Shown here one piece after another: positions 1 to 12,836 of a stretch of DNA of 64,000 nt; the stretch's first letter is position 1, and each line of letters opens with the position of its first letter. A program made the position numbers and the translations under genes. The notes under the pieces were generated by a model. That model worked only from the letters and a program-made list of their open reading frames with translations, was not told the DNA's origin and did not search any database. The DNA is from Balanoglossus misakiensis (Eukaryota > Animalia > Hemichordata): contig CM082578.2 in NCBI GenBank assembly GCA_040954595.2, positions 3,578,831 through 3,642,830 on the forward strand. The letters run 5' to 3'.

Positions 1-475
1 CCTCGTTGAGATAATAAACTTAAAAACGGCTTTGGATTAGTCAGTTGCTCCTCCAGCCAAACTACAATTACAGATCCGCGTTTCTTTAGCATTGCATTGA
101 CATACGGGTATTTTCAAAATTTCATAATTTGATAATAACCCGCTTTAGGGTAGCCTATGTACTTTTTGTTCAATCTGTTACGAGTGCTTACATTCCCACA
201 CTTCACTTCCGTAATAATGTAAGGCACACCAATTGAATCAGGTAATTTAAATGGTAGCAGTTGAAATCAAAACGTTGGAGACTTCTTCATGTGGCAATTA
301 AGCAAAAAAGCCCATCATCATAAGCGGGCTTGGGCTATTCCAAAACCGAATTCCAACAAAGCATGAATTTACGGTGATTTTGCAGAAAGGCACACCCGCC
401 ATCTTGAAAACTTGTTAGTCAGGGTTACTATATGGAGAAAGACTAACCAGGAGGTATTTATAATACAAGTGAGAA

Positions 476-1198
476 CATGTCAATAATCTGCACTAGTTCC
501 CGCTCTTTCTTGCTTGTGAAATTAACAATTGGCAGCACACAAAGAACCGGAATTAAATGTATTTCTGTGCAAACTATAACAATATTGACTCTAATTTAAG
601 GCTATTACAAATCGTTCGTTTGCAGAAGTAGAATTGCTAAATCATATGCTGTTGATTTTTGCATACTAGTATGTACTGCAGATTATTCTGTGGTTCGCGA
701 CCTCAAAACTGTGGTATTACATCTCATTATTATGAGAATGAAGAAAATATTCCCTTTCAAAATTCAATTATTTTCGGAGCATTTGTTGAATAGACTATTG
801 TCAAGCAAGTTCAATTTTTCACTTGGTCAGTTTTTCTCTTAATATTTACAACAAATCCCACGTATAACCTGTCAAAACTAAAATATAGAGCGAAGGAAGA
901 TTATTATAAGCAAATGCAATGACGATAGCAAGATGTTCAAAGATGGCAGACCAATGGTTGACCCCATATGGAAGCAGTATAATGTTGTTCCCGTTACCCA
1001 GTTAAATAGAGCTAAAACCTTGAAATTAGGTGTGTCAGTGCATCGTCTGGCCTTGTCCCAAATATAGATGAGGGATAATGTTTTCTGTAATGCAAGTGAG
1101 GACATGTCAGTAATCTACACTAGTTCCCGCTCTTTCTTGCTTGTGAAATTAACAATTGGCAGCACATAAAGAACCAGATTAAAATTTATTTCATTGAA
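476..1198. repeat. Dispersed direct duplication of ~95 bp (476-570 and 1102-1198)
   Basis: catgtca(a/g)taatct(g/a)cactagttcccgctctttcttgcttgtgaaattaacaattggcagcaca occurs twice with few mismatches. Confidence 0.8.
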
Positions 1199-1469
1199 AT
1201 AGTATGACAATATTGGATTTCTGAGATCTTGATACCCGTTGTTGAGGTCATTTCCGGGTCTTGCGACGCTATCTTCAAAGCAGCATCCTACGAAATCAAC
1301 AGGCAATTGCCGTTGCAGTGGCAGATGACATGACCGTAGACGCTCTTTCAACTGTACAGTAACAATATTGATTGTCTGCTTGAGGGAGCCCAACAAGAAA
1401 CCATGGTTGATACAAAGAACACGAATAAATACAGCTGCAAGCAGCAATGGCGGGGCCCAAGCCGGAATG

Positions 1470-2100
1470 GTCATCTGAGGTCACCCGAAATTTGGGCAAA
1501 CATTTTTGACCCCATACTGGTCCAGGTCCATCAGAAACCAAACCTTCAGCCTTACTGGTTCGCCTGGAATTAGGTATGCACATAATTAATGAGATAAACT
1601 GATGTCACAGGTGGCCTCAAAAACGCCAAGTCTGTACCTGCTCTGGATGCTAAGATATGGTAAAGTAGGTCAAAGGTCACCTGAGGTCATGCAAAATTTG
1701 GGCAAGAAATTTTGACCCTATACTGGTCCATGTTCAACAAAAACCAAACCTATAGCCCTATTGGTTAGCCTGGAATTAGGTATGCACATAATTAATGAGA
1801 TATGCAGGTGTCACAGGTGACCCCCATTTTGGCTTTTCAATTTTAGTCCCAACCCTCCAAACGCCAAGTCTGAACCTGCTGTGGATGCCGAGATATAGTA
1901 GTAAAATATATAGTAGATAAAGTAGGTCAAAGTTCACCTGAGGTCACCCAAAATTTGGGCAAGAAATTTTGACCCTATACTGGTCCATGTTCCATAAGAA
2001 CGAAACATCTAGCCCTATTAGTTAGCCCGGAATTAGGTATGCACATAATTAATGAGTTAAGCAGGTGTTACAGGTGAGCCCAAAATTTTGCCTTTTATTT
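1470..2100. repeat. Tandem repeat, three diverged units of ~205-260 bp
   Basis: Motifs ctgaggtca..aaatttgggcaa, ttttgaccc(c/t)atactggtcca and ggaattaggtatgcacataattaatgag recur from ~1470, ~1676 and ~1932. Confidence 0.85.
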
Positions 2101-2451
2101 TGGTCCCATTGTGCTCACTGACCAAGAGACAGTCACTGTACAGGACTATTGCACAGACCAGAATTCCACATGTGGGACCAAAATTTGTGTCCTAAACCCC
2201 TGCGTCGCTCACGGTGATTGGTAGCTCTAATGTCCCTATGTCCCCTTTCCGTTCAGTCATTGGCTGCCTATACATGTACGTCATTTCGTCTCATTAGTAT
2301 TTACTGTTCCGAATTCAGCTCATTCATTGGCTGCTTTACGTTCTTGTCCCTTGCCTCACTTTCGAGTGTTCATTGCCTCGTTCTTTTATGTGCTCCTTAC
2401 CGTCACGTAATATGCGGGACTAGTCAAAGACTCCCAGACTCCAGGTGTTTC

Positions 2452-4960
2452 AATTATTATTATTATTATTATTATTATACTTTATTTAAAGAGGGTAATC
2501 TGATTACAAATGAATTGTAATTTACATCAGGGCCCTCATGAAAAAAATACAAGTTCATATAAATAGTGCATCGTAAGTACACAACTGAAACAAAAAAAAG
2601 AGCGAGGACATAGATAAATGAAAGAATAAATAAATAAATAAATAAATGAGAAATCCAATCAAACAATGAGCTATCCATCCAAATCTGAACCTTCATTACA
2701 AAACTTCGTAAAAAGGTAACTGTACAATGCTGATTTGAATGATGATAAACTTGCATGGTTACGGATATATACAGGAATTGAGTTCCAAGTTTTTGCTGCT
2801 CGATAGGCAAACGACCTTTGACCCATGGCAGTCCTGAACCTTGGTGGGTAGAGGTCACCGGCGCTGACACTTCGAGTATTTAAACGATTCATTTCTGAAA
2901 GAGGTCGGAAAAGATCCCTAATATAGTTGGGTGCGAGGTCATTTAGAGCTTTGAAAGTCATAATAGCCGTGAAATATACAATGCGAAAATCAACAGGTAA
3001 CCAATGCAGACTGATGAGAAGAGAACGGGATGAAAATGTCGTGTCCACTCCAAGGATTACCCTAGCAGCTCTTTTCTGAAGTTTATACAATCTTTGGAGG
3101 TTTGTCTTTGACGTATTACCCCAAACTATACAGCAGTAGTCAAACAAAGAGAGAAACAAAGCATTGTAAGCCAATAAAAGTACATGTCTTTGACGTCTTA
3201 GAACACCAATTCTAGTCGAAAGGTTTTTACAAAGATTGTTGATGTGGTCGTCCCAACTTAACATGTTGTCAATTTGAATACCAAGTAACTTGTGGGTAGT
3301 GACATTGTCGATTTGAGTGCCATTAATAAGAACACGAAACGTAATGTCAGAGTCAAAGAACACGCTGATTTTGGGACACGATGCAATAACCATACACTTT
3401 GTTTTTGTAGTATTTATAGCCATGTTATTGTTGTGAACCCAGTGTGAGACAGGAAGGAGATCACCATTCATACCACTTTCAATGTGTTCGATATCAATGC
3501 CAGAAACACACATGGTCTGGTCGTCGGCAAACATATTCAAACTTCCCGACATGAGGCAGAGTGGAAGATCATTGATGAACATTAAAAATAAGAGTGGTCC
3601 TAAAATAGAGCCTTGAGGTACACCGCTTGTCATTGGCATAACGTCAGAGTCTGCTCCCATGTATGAAACAAATTGACTACGTTCTGAAAGGTATGATCGA
3701 AACCACTTGAGCGACATTTCGGAAAGCCTGTATACAGAGAGTTTTGAAAGCAAAATTTCATGATCAACAAGATCAAAAGCTTTACATAAATCTAAATACA
3801 TAACACCGGTGTATAAACTCTCATCCATATTCAGTAATAGCTGATCTGTAAACTTGAGTAAAGCAGTATGACAAGAGTGGTGTTGTCTAAAACCTGATTG
3901 TGAATCGGCAATAAGATTGTATGAATGCAGAAAGTTAAAAAGACTTATAAATACATGCTTTTCCAGGATTTTGAAGAGGACTGGTAAAAGGGAGATAGGC
4001 CTATAATTATTAACATCATTCTTTTCCCTCCCTTGTGTATTGGGATAACCTTGGCACATTTAAAACAATCAGGAAAAACACCACTGTTTATGGACCTATT
4101 AAAAATATCAGTCACAGACTTTGCAATACAAGACACACCAATCTTCAAGAATTTTGGAGAAATATTGTCGCTACCAGCTGCTTTAGAATCATTCAGTAAA
4201 GAAAGCTGTTTTGTAACAAAATCAACATGAATCGCAGGAATGTGAAAATTTACAGAGCTATCACAAAAGTGAGAGTTAACCCAGTCGTCAATGAGGCTAA
4301 AGTCAGGTGTTGAGCGAAGGCAATGGCGATACTTACTAACAATACCAGTAAAGTGGGCATTAAATGCCTGGGCATTATTCTTGTGATTTGAAACTGTTTT
4401 CCCTTCGTACTGAATAGAAAGACTGTGTGAACGGGGATCGCCATGGGAGAGAATTTCGTTGATGGAGCGCCAAATAACAGAGGGGTTTCTGGAATTGTTC
4501 CTAAAAATATCACGATAATACTGTCGCTTTGCATAGGAAATTGAGTAAACAACTCTATTTCTCAGAGATCTATAAAGCAACCAATCATTGGGAGAATTTG
4601 AGCGGGTGGCCTTAACAAGATGATAGTCTCTGACACGAATAAGGTCCAGAATGTCTGCAGAAAACCATGGTGGTTGTCTGAGTCTTTTCACTCGCTTTTC
4701 AATAAAGGGCGCATGCGCATTACAGACATGGTTGAAACAATCTGTCCACTTTTCAAAGAGTACATTGACATTATCTATCTCACAAGCCTGTGGCCATTGA
4801 GTAGCCTGTAAAGTATGAGTAAAATTCATAGCGGAAAAGTTACAAAACTGCCAACATTTAACAGAAATATGCGATCCTCTGGAGACGTTGTTACCATGGA
4901 GACGCCTCACCACACAAACAGGAAAGTGATCAGAGATGCCTATTTTGGGGACACAATCTT
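2452..4960 (-). mobile_element. 5'-truncated CR1/L2-group non-LTR retrotransposon (degraded ORF2: end of endonuclease, RT, C-terminus) nested in the DNA transposon
   Basis: ORFs 3945-4913 and 2671-4059 are joined by a frameshift. Motifs NYRPISLL, YLDLCKAFD, GVPQGSILGPLLF and MFADD; ISDHFP-like endonuclease end near 4920-4945; (TAA)n 3' tail at 2452-2477. Confidence 0.92.
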
Positions 4961-5330
4961 GACTTTGTGAAGCCGCAAATTTTCCCCAACTAAAAAGAAA
5001 CGTGGGCCTAGGAGCGACGTGATTGAATCATGGAAACTGTTTCGGGCAACAGAAACCCCAAGAGCATATTGACACTTTGCGATTATTAAACCATCTTTTC
5101 ATTTTTCCCCTTTTCAGTGTTTGTTTTGCCGTTACCAAACACATTGTCAAGCTAACGCAAAAAATAAAATCGCGTGGCTGAAAAGTACTCCGTAATACCA
5201 ATGTCTCTGCGCGCGCGCACACACACACACGTCAGCGCAGTTGCATATTTCGAATATAACAAGTACAAAAAAACACATCATTATTTTATTTTAAAGATCT
5301 TAAGCTTAACTAGTAGATTTGCGCCAAGAC

Positions 5331-6506
5331 TCAACGCATGAAACGATACAATCTGATATGTCGCTGGGCTAAAAATGCGCACACTTCTACAATAATCGGC
5401 ATTAGCCAACGTGGGTGCCGATAAACAGAATAAATTGCCCTATAAGTTTTCATATATTTTATGGCATGTTCAACATAAACTCGGGCAAAATTAAATTCTC
5501 TATTGAATACGAGCATCTCTGGGCGGTACGGACCACGCAACTCAGGGGTTGGAAATCTCGTTAATAGCGGATACATATTTGGGTATCCTTGGTCAGCCAA
5601 AAAATATACATCTCGTGGAATCTGCAATTCACCTTCCAACCCTATCGATGGTAACAATCTGTACTGCATGGCATCATTAGCATGTCCCAGAAATCCCGAC
5701 TGAATGAAAATAATGTTACATTGATTGTCCACAATAACTTGGGTGCTCACTGCATGATGACGAGCGTATCCACTGTAAAAGTTATGCTGTTCTTCAACTT
5801 CGGGACGATATATTTCATGTAGAGTACCATCGATTGTACCTACGGCATTAGGAAAATGTTCCCATTGTCCACGTAGTTGGCCAAAGCGTTCCAACGATGG
5901 CCAGCGGACGCTACGTCGAAAGTAATGCCAAATTAATGAGAGAAGGTGACGTATTTCTCTATGAATAGTCGTGTTGCTTACCCCAAACCACGCTGCTAGT
6001 AAGTCTAGAGTAGGATAATGCCGTAGCCAAATAAAAGTGAGAAGAAAACGATTTCTTGAATCCATGGCAGGATGACGACGTAGATTCGGTTCCAGGTCAT
6101 GTATAATAACTTCCATCGATTGAATGGTTTCTCCAGTTAACATCCAGAAATGGCGAGGACGTCCTTGTAATGATGTCCAAACATCTACGCCATTACCTCG
6201 GCCAATACCATCATCGTTTGAAAAAAGCAGGTTGTATATGGTTGGTGGTCGTCGTAAAGGTGGACGCAGGATGTCACACAACAGACGTGTCAAGATCTGG
6301 ATAAACGACAGATCATCAACCAACTGCGCTAGATGATACACTTCCCGTTCTTCAGAATACATTGGGAGATGGATGACCACGGAGACTACAGACAATATCA
6401 CCATCATACTTCGGATACAAGATATGAGAAGCAATATTTGATTTCGCTGGAGTGGCATTTTGAATGATATTGAAGTTTGTGGTGTTCCGTTTGAAGATGC
6501 TTTCAC
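5331..6506 (-). CDS. DDE transposase, HARBI1/ISL2-like (HTH_Tnp_4 + DDE_Tnp_4); true start may be a downstream ATG (e.g. MYSEERE)
   Basis: Uninterrupted ORF with LTFIWLRHYPTLDLLAAWFGVS (HTH), AVGTIDGT, FYSGY, YFLADQGYP and ARVYVEHAIKYMKTY. Confidence 0.9.
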   Translation of the reverse strand: MKASSNGTPQTSISFKMPLQRNQILLLISCIRSMMVILSVVSVVIHLPMYSEEREVYHLAQLVDDLSFIQILTRLLCDILRPPLRRPPTIYNLLFSNDDGIGRGNGVDVWTSLQGRPRHFWMLTGETIQSMEVIIHDLEPNLRRHPAMDSRNRFLLTFIWLRHYPTLDLLAAWFGVSNTTIHREIRHLLSLIWHYFRRSVRWPSLERFGQLRGQWEHFPNAVGTIDGTLHEIYRPEVEEQHNFYSGYARHHAVSTQVIVDNQCNIIFIQSGFLGHANDAMQYRLLPSIGLEGELQIPRDVYFLADQGYPNMYPLLTRFPTPELRGPYRPEMLVFNREFNFARVYVEHAIKYMKTYRAIYSVYRHPRWLMPIIVEVCAFLAQRHIRLYRFMR

Positions 6507-6937
6507 GATGTGGGATTTGTCGCATACACTAACTTGTAAAACCCTATTCTAAGCATGCGTTGCGAAATACAGTTTTAACATGTCTAAAGTTTCATTTGCA
6601 TAACCGGACCGTTGACCAGTCACAAATAAGCAGGAGTGGGATCACATCGCACGCCAGATGTTCAATTTTGAATGCCAATAGACACGGAGACATCCACAAG
6701 TTGTTTCTTATTTCCCTTTTCATTTTTTGTATGGCTGAAAATTAACCATTTATTTTCTACTTTTAATGTCATCAACCCTTTTGAAATAGTATTCAGCAAA
6801 GTTTACCAGAAATCATGTATAATTCATATGGCCAATAAAACTTTGATTCGATTCTGTAAAATTAGTCGATCACACGAGGGATACCTGCAGACTAATAGGG
6901 AGTCAATTTGTCGTATCCGATTCATTTCGCGACAGCC

Positions 6938-7982
6938 ATGGCTTCTACGCGTACACCACGCTGTGTTGTAACGGACGCCGAGATAAATTTGATTAGGGCC
7001 GGGATGAGAATCCATAATACAAATTATGGAAATATTGTCCATTTCATGAGACAGTCTGGTCGTTTGGCCAACAGTGGGATGCCAGCCAATGCAGTACGGC
7101 TCTATCAAACCGGACTGATGAAACCACTACGTCGGCGTGTTCGAGATGTTGTCGCTAAACGTATCTCAGAGTAAGTTTTATTATAGTTTCAAACCGAGGG
7201 GAGTATTTCTCAAACAGGGAAAGCACATGAAGTCTGTGAAATGTGAGTTTGACGGGTATTGTCTCCCAGAAAAGCACGAAATTTCGTATTGCATCTATCG
7301 CAGCCAAAGTTTCTGTGTTTCTCTATGTAACTCCTCTGCTAATTTGCATATTTTGTCTTGTCCGTTTCTTTGAATATAATTCACAAGTACATGTATGGCA
7401 AATATTGATATCTCCACTATCATTGAAATCTAGCTATGAAATACAGTACGATTTTTAATATTCATGTGCCGTCCTGGTAATCAGTCAGCAATTTTTGTTT
7501 ATAGCGTCCGACAAATACGTGAACGGGAGATGAGGTATGCGGCGCTGAGAACACCGGAGCAGAGGGCACCGGTACAAGCACTGGCACCACGACCACCGAC
7601 ACCACCACTGCCCCCGCCGCCGACACAAGCGCCTCCACCACCACCACAGCCGCTACCGCAAGCGCCTCCACCGCCACCACCACCGACACAAGCACCACCA
7701 CCACCACCACAGCCACAACCACTTCTACCAGAAGGTGAACCTCCTGCTGCCGATGAGCCCTTGGACCATCACAGGGAGCCCAATCCTGATGGTGACGACG
7801 GGAGGGGGATCCCTGCACCAGAGGACGCCCAAGAGAGACCACCACAGGGCGGAAGACGGCTGTACCATCTAGTGCGAGAGGCCCATGAATTATATGTGGA
7901 CTTCTTGAGAAACACTCTCCCTGACACTATGGCGAATGTAAATCGCACGCTGGATCGCCTTAGACAGATTGTGAGCACATAA
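6938..7982 (+). CDS. Two-exon transposon partner gene (6938-7170, 7505-7982; ~236 aa): Myb/SANT-like N-terminus, Pro-rich linker, C-terminal helix
   Basis: gccATGg start; phase-2 intron GA|gtaagt ... tttatag|C joins the two ORFs in frame. TDAEINLIRAGMRIHNTNYGNI resembles Myb helices 1-2. AATAAA follows the stop. Confidence 0.75.
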
Positions 7983-10900
7983 CACGAATAAAATATTTTT
8001 TTATCTATCACCTAAGATTTGTCATTTATCTGGGTTTTTTAATATTCCCCACCACCAATGCAACAGCCCCTTACATGAAGACTTAGCCTTTTAGTGATAG
8101 TATGTTGTATCGATAAAGAGCATATTGCAAACATATTGAAGGAAATGCCAATACAATTGCCAGGAAACAAATAGCGAGAGCACAAACATTTCCCAGAGTT
8201 CCGCTGTTGAAGATATCTTTTTTTATCTTTATACTACCCAAATATGTTTTTATTTTCTAGGAATAGAAAAAAAACAAACACATATTTGACATTCAGGGGG
8301 TACCTAGACTCTATGGCAGTCGCTGTGCCTGTCGATAAGGAATGAAATTTTCATACTGCATACGACGCGCCAGGCAAAGCCACTAGCGACTGTGTGATTA
8401 GCGTCGCGTCCATATGACGTTCTAGCGGACGCGCATTTCAGTATTGGGGCAAGACTAGGGAATGGCCCGTAGCTTTGACGCCGGAGCTTCATGACACGGT
8501 GACAAACAATAGGGTGCAGCGCATGTGCAAAACAAATTTAGTCTTTACATATATGTTTCGACCATGCTCTGTCTGGTAATGATTGGCTAGTCCCGCATAT
8601 TACGTGACGGTGAGGAGCACATAAAAGAACGAGGCAATGAACACTCGAAAGTGAGGCAAGGGACAAGAACGTAAAGCAGCCAATGAATGAGCTGAATTCG
8701 GAACAGTAAATACTAATGAGACGAAATGACGTATAGGCAGTCAATGACTGAACGGAAAGGGGACATAGGGACATTAGAGCTACCAATCACCGTGAGCGAC
8801 GCAGGGGTTTAGGACACAAATTTTGGTCCCACATGAAATACGTCTAGTAAGACGTGGGCATTGCTTAACCATAGAGGTATAAGTAAAGGTATACATTTAA
8901 TTTAAAAAAATTAAAAAATGACATCTAGGACAAAAAAACATCCTTCCCTTTGACGAACAGCCGTTTGATAACTTGGCAATTTACAGACCTGAACATTTTA
9001 TGTATCAGCTACATATTCGTTCTCTCTTCCCTATATTATATCGCTTTTCTTTACAGCGCCCCAGCAAGTTCTGTGTATGTGTACATGCAATTATTGTTGT
9101 TGAGAAATGAATTCATGTCCGGCCTTGAATACAATTTTTGAAAACTAACATCCCAGACTATACAAACATGGAGCCAGTTGAGGAGATAAATACTAAGTTC
9201 TAAATCATGCCTTATTGAGCCGAACAAAACGTCAAGTTGTTGGCACACAGAAAAAAAAGGTAACACATAGTGGGTGTTAAAGGTATACGGTCACCTATAC
9301 AAATTTAGCCACAGTTACACTACAGACTGAATGTCCTGCACATGGCGCGCTTGCCGGGCGCGCTCAGTGGCTTGCGTGATGTGATGTCGATCGACGCCAT
9401 GTTTGTTTACATGATTGTACAATCGTGCGTAGCTATGGTCTGACGCAGCATGGAGGTACTAGAGAGAGATCTCTAGTACCTCCATGGACGCAGGGACTCT
9501 CTACCTGTTTCATCGCCTGGTAAATTAGATGGATATTCTCAAAACAGTAGAATGTATATTGTGTTCTGATTGCATTCTTCGTGTGTATCAAACTTTTATT
9601 TTATTGATTTCCTTTTGTTGTCAGCCACATGCGAGTAGCCTTGCCAATAAACAGTCGTGTTTACTCGGTAAACAAGTGGAATCACTGACTTGCCTCAAAA
9701 ACAACAGTAGCAGGTGTAGTTCCTTTCCGTCCTACCTCCATGCAACATACAACATACAATCCGCATCAAAAAAGCACTCCTGAAGAACTATGAAATGTCT
9801 AGCTTGTGTTCATTCTGTCAAACAATTGCATGGACTCCAGCCATATTCAATGCCAGATCTTAAACTCACCGTCAGTGAGTTAGATACAGGTGCACACATA
9901 CATGTATGACACTATTGTGAAGTAACATTTTTTTTATTTTAGAAAATGTGAAAAATAATAGGGAAAATTTTGAGTTTACATAAATGTTACAAACTATACA
10001 GCAAGTCACATCAGAGTAGAATAAAAATGTCCTCAAGTACAAATAAACAGCAAAACGGGAAAATGCATCGATGTCGGAACTACTAAAGTCGAGAATCAGC
10101 TCTGAATTTATTCAGTAATCTAGTGCTTGGGGCGGAAACTTTAATGCAGAACACACTCTCTCGATATGCAAATATAACTTATTGAAACTCGTTGCCATAC
10201 GAACAAACGACCAGGAACCATCGACACGGCACAGTCTATATATACATGTACACTGAGAAGCCATAGAGACGTGCATGTTCAAATAGACCTTCTGAATAAT
10301 GATCCATCGAGCAACAACAACAAAAAGGAAAAGATCCTTTGTACTTTAAATACGACCGAACTTTGCTCGTTTTAAAATACAGGAGTCGACAAATGTGACG
10401 TGTAATAATTTGTACACAATTTTCTTTACCCCAATACAAAAATGCCTTTCAGCACAGAAAAAACAACAAAGCAATGCCATTATCGTTAACACCTAATTGT
10501 TTCTCCCAATTTGAAGTGGTCTCTTTCGAAAAGGATTCGTCATGAGAGTTACTCATTGTACAAACTGACCACCTGTCAGACATTGCGGATTTTCCTTACA
10601 TTTCTGCTTTCTATCCGAGTTACTACCTGTCACCTGTCAGACATTGTGGATTTTCCTTACATTAATTGCTGCTTTCTATCCGAGTGCAGAGCGGGAAAAC
10701 CCGCTGAGGCTATACCGCTGTCAGAAGAAACAGCGAGGGCTTCGAACGTACTTTTATTTTTCACACTTAAATCACTGCTCGTAAATTAATGCATCAAAAG
10801 TAAAAGTTTCCTTTTTCCTTTTAAATTTAAAAGTATATATGGCCTATGTCACGATCAAAATTGCGATTGTGTTTATAACTAGCATAGCTGCAATAATTAG

Positions 10901-11818
10901 AGTGATGGGTAGCTATTTTCGCTTGGTTGAATCACGGTCACTCCACAAGGGTCGCGGACGTAGTCAGAATTATGGACGAAAAAGTCGGAACAATCAAGCC
11001 CGAGAGTATACTGCGAGCAGTCATACCCATTGATACTCATATGAAATCAACAATGAAGAATAATCTGCATAACAGGAAAAAGAAAGCCTACTGACGACTA
11101 GCCTGCACATTAGTAAATCACAGGTGTGAATGGGGTGGGCCACGGGAGGTAGCCTTTGGTCAGTAGGATCGTACCAGCTACCTCATAAATGTATTTTTCA
11201 CTAATTTGTGCGATCAAGTTTTTTTCCTCAACATGATCTCCAATCTATTTCAGATTCAAAATCATATCCAGGGAATCCACAGATCGCGATTCGTGTTTTC
11301 TTGTGTTTATATTTAGCTGGAATAATTGTAACGGCACCGTGTCGCTGTTTTTGGTGTAGATGCCCGCACACTTACATGCAATGGACCGCAGTTACGTTGC
11401 GCGGTCGTGATGTAAATTTAGGAAATAGTGATACACTGCATCTATTAAAGCTTATCTTTGTTTCAGAGTAAAAATCTACCCGCTTTCTCTGTACTGTATC
11501 TCCCAGCGTCCACGGGTGTTACATGTTTATGCTCGGCCAGCCACGTTCTTCAGGTTGTAATCACCTTTTTGTTCGTCAGTACAATAAAATATGTGTGAAC
11601 TCAATGAACAAAAACTTCTGAAGTCAGTACATTTTTGTCTGTGGTTTGTTTTAAAAATACAATTTGGTGCGCCGGTCACTAGGATCCTAGGGTCATAGTT
11701 CTGAGTGTCAGGCTCATGAAAACAAGAACAATCTATGACTCAAATATTAGATACATACTAGTATTGTAATTTGCGTCTTACAAAGCACAATAATGTGACT
11801 TCATCCATTTCCCAAACA

Positions 11819-12836
11819 GAGAAACTACGACAAATCAGTCAGAGTATCGACCACACTGTTGTCTGTGATCGACAACACGTATACGTGCGTCCGTTCACCG
11901 CGACAATAATGTGTGTAACGATCGTTCAATTCATTCGATCAGGCACTATGATCATGCCCCCGCCGATTCCATCAGCGCCCACCTTGTCACCAACACCACG
12001 TGCACTCCCACCACGCCCAACCGCTGATATTACACCACCGTTCCAAACTACACTACAGCCGGCAGTACAGCCGATTCTCACGTCTCCGCAGACAGCGGGG
12101 ATGATTGAGACTTCTCCGCCTCCACTATGGTTCCCTCCTATCACCGGGGATGTTCTCATACCAGAATCATATATAGACCGGTGTAAGGTCGTAAGTTGCT
12201 CTATAGACAACTTTGCCAAGAACCTTGTGTTTATGGTTTATTCGCCGAGTGAACGCGCCGGACGTACTTGCACAGGGCGTGTGTTTGGGGGTACCAAACA
12301 GAAATTGAAGTTAAGTCCCAGAAGGCTTAAGAAAGTTGAATGAGCAACTTTCCGAAAATATTTTAGAAATAATGGACGCTGCCCTGACCATTAACGTTTG
12401 TTTATGGGCAAGGGCGAGGGGAAAGCCAAAAATTCATGGGCTCGGAAGCCTCGCCCATGAATTTTGGCTTTCCTCGAGCCCACGCCCATAAACAAACGTT
12501 TATGGTCAGGGCGGAGTCGGTTATTTCCATTATATTATCAACAAAATCAAGAAAACCGTCAACATTTACGAAAATGTCCCACTAGGGGCCCCGGAACTTG
12601 TGTTACGCAAAATGTTGTATTCACTGAACTGTTTGCTAATATTACTATTCAGATTTACGGGCATGTAAACAAACCCTTACTGAGTATTTGTGGTCAGTGA
12701 CGTCGTTCATCTCGACCAATTAAAATGCGACGCACAGGCCATGGTAATATAATCCCACGATTTTCCGCGATCCGCCGAGCGCGACGTGTGGTCAAAACAG
12801 TGCATCAAGGCAATCGATAAAGCTCTCCGCCGTTGA
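11819..12836 (+). pseudogene. BEN-domain protein pseudogene with Pro/Thr-rich linker, inside the CACTA element
   Basis: SIDNFAKNLVFMVYSPSERAGRTCTG...LSPRRLKKVE*ATFRKY, then after a MITE ...ERDVWSKQCIKAIDKALRR*. This matches the BEN pattern (FA..L...FS..E....C.G...L.P..L...W..C..AID..R). Disrupted by a premature stop and an insertion. Confidence 0.72.
12368..12753. mobile_element. Hairpin-ended non-autonomous element (~390 bp); inverted copy at 43578-43972
   Basis: Near-identical reverse-complement sequence at both sites, including the internal hairpin ccctgaccattaacgtttgtttatgggc...gcccataaacaaacgtttatggtcaggg. Confidence 0.85.

Larger units (their letters stand above)
2169..8835. mobile_element. 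PIF/Harbinger-ISL2EU (PHIS) group DNA transposon with ~270 bp terminal inverted repeats, two divergent genes and a nested LINE fragment
   Basis: 2169-2438 (catgtgggaccaaaatttgtgtcctaaacccctgcg...) is the reverse complement of ~8568-8835. The repeats enclose a DDE_Tnp_4-type transposase and a Myb-like partner gene. Confidence 0.88.

Noticed and set aside
2218-2520. Near-identical ORFs MVALMSLCPLSVQ at 2218 (+) and 8786 (-)
   Set aside because: Chance ORFs inside the two transposon TIRs; non-ATG starts and no domain.
7462-7845. Val/Ala-rich 127-aa minus-strand ORF
   Set aside because: Antisense of the Pro-rich CCN-codon exon of the transposon partner gene.
9447-9487. Hairpin catggaggtactagaga...tctctagtacctccatg as a terminator or RNA gene
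   Set aside because: Eukaryotic context; more likely a collapsed tiny MITE.
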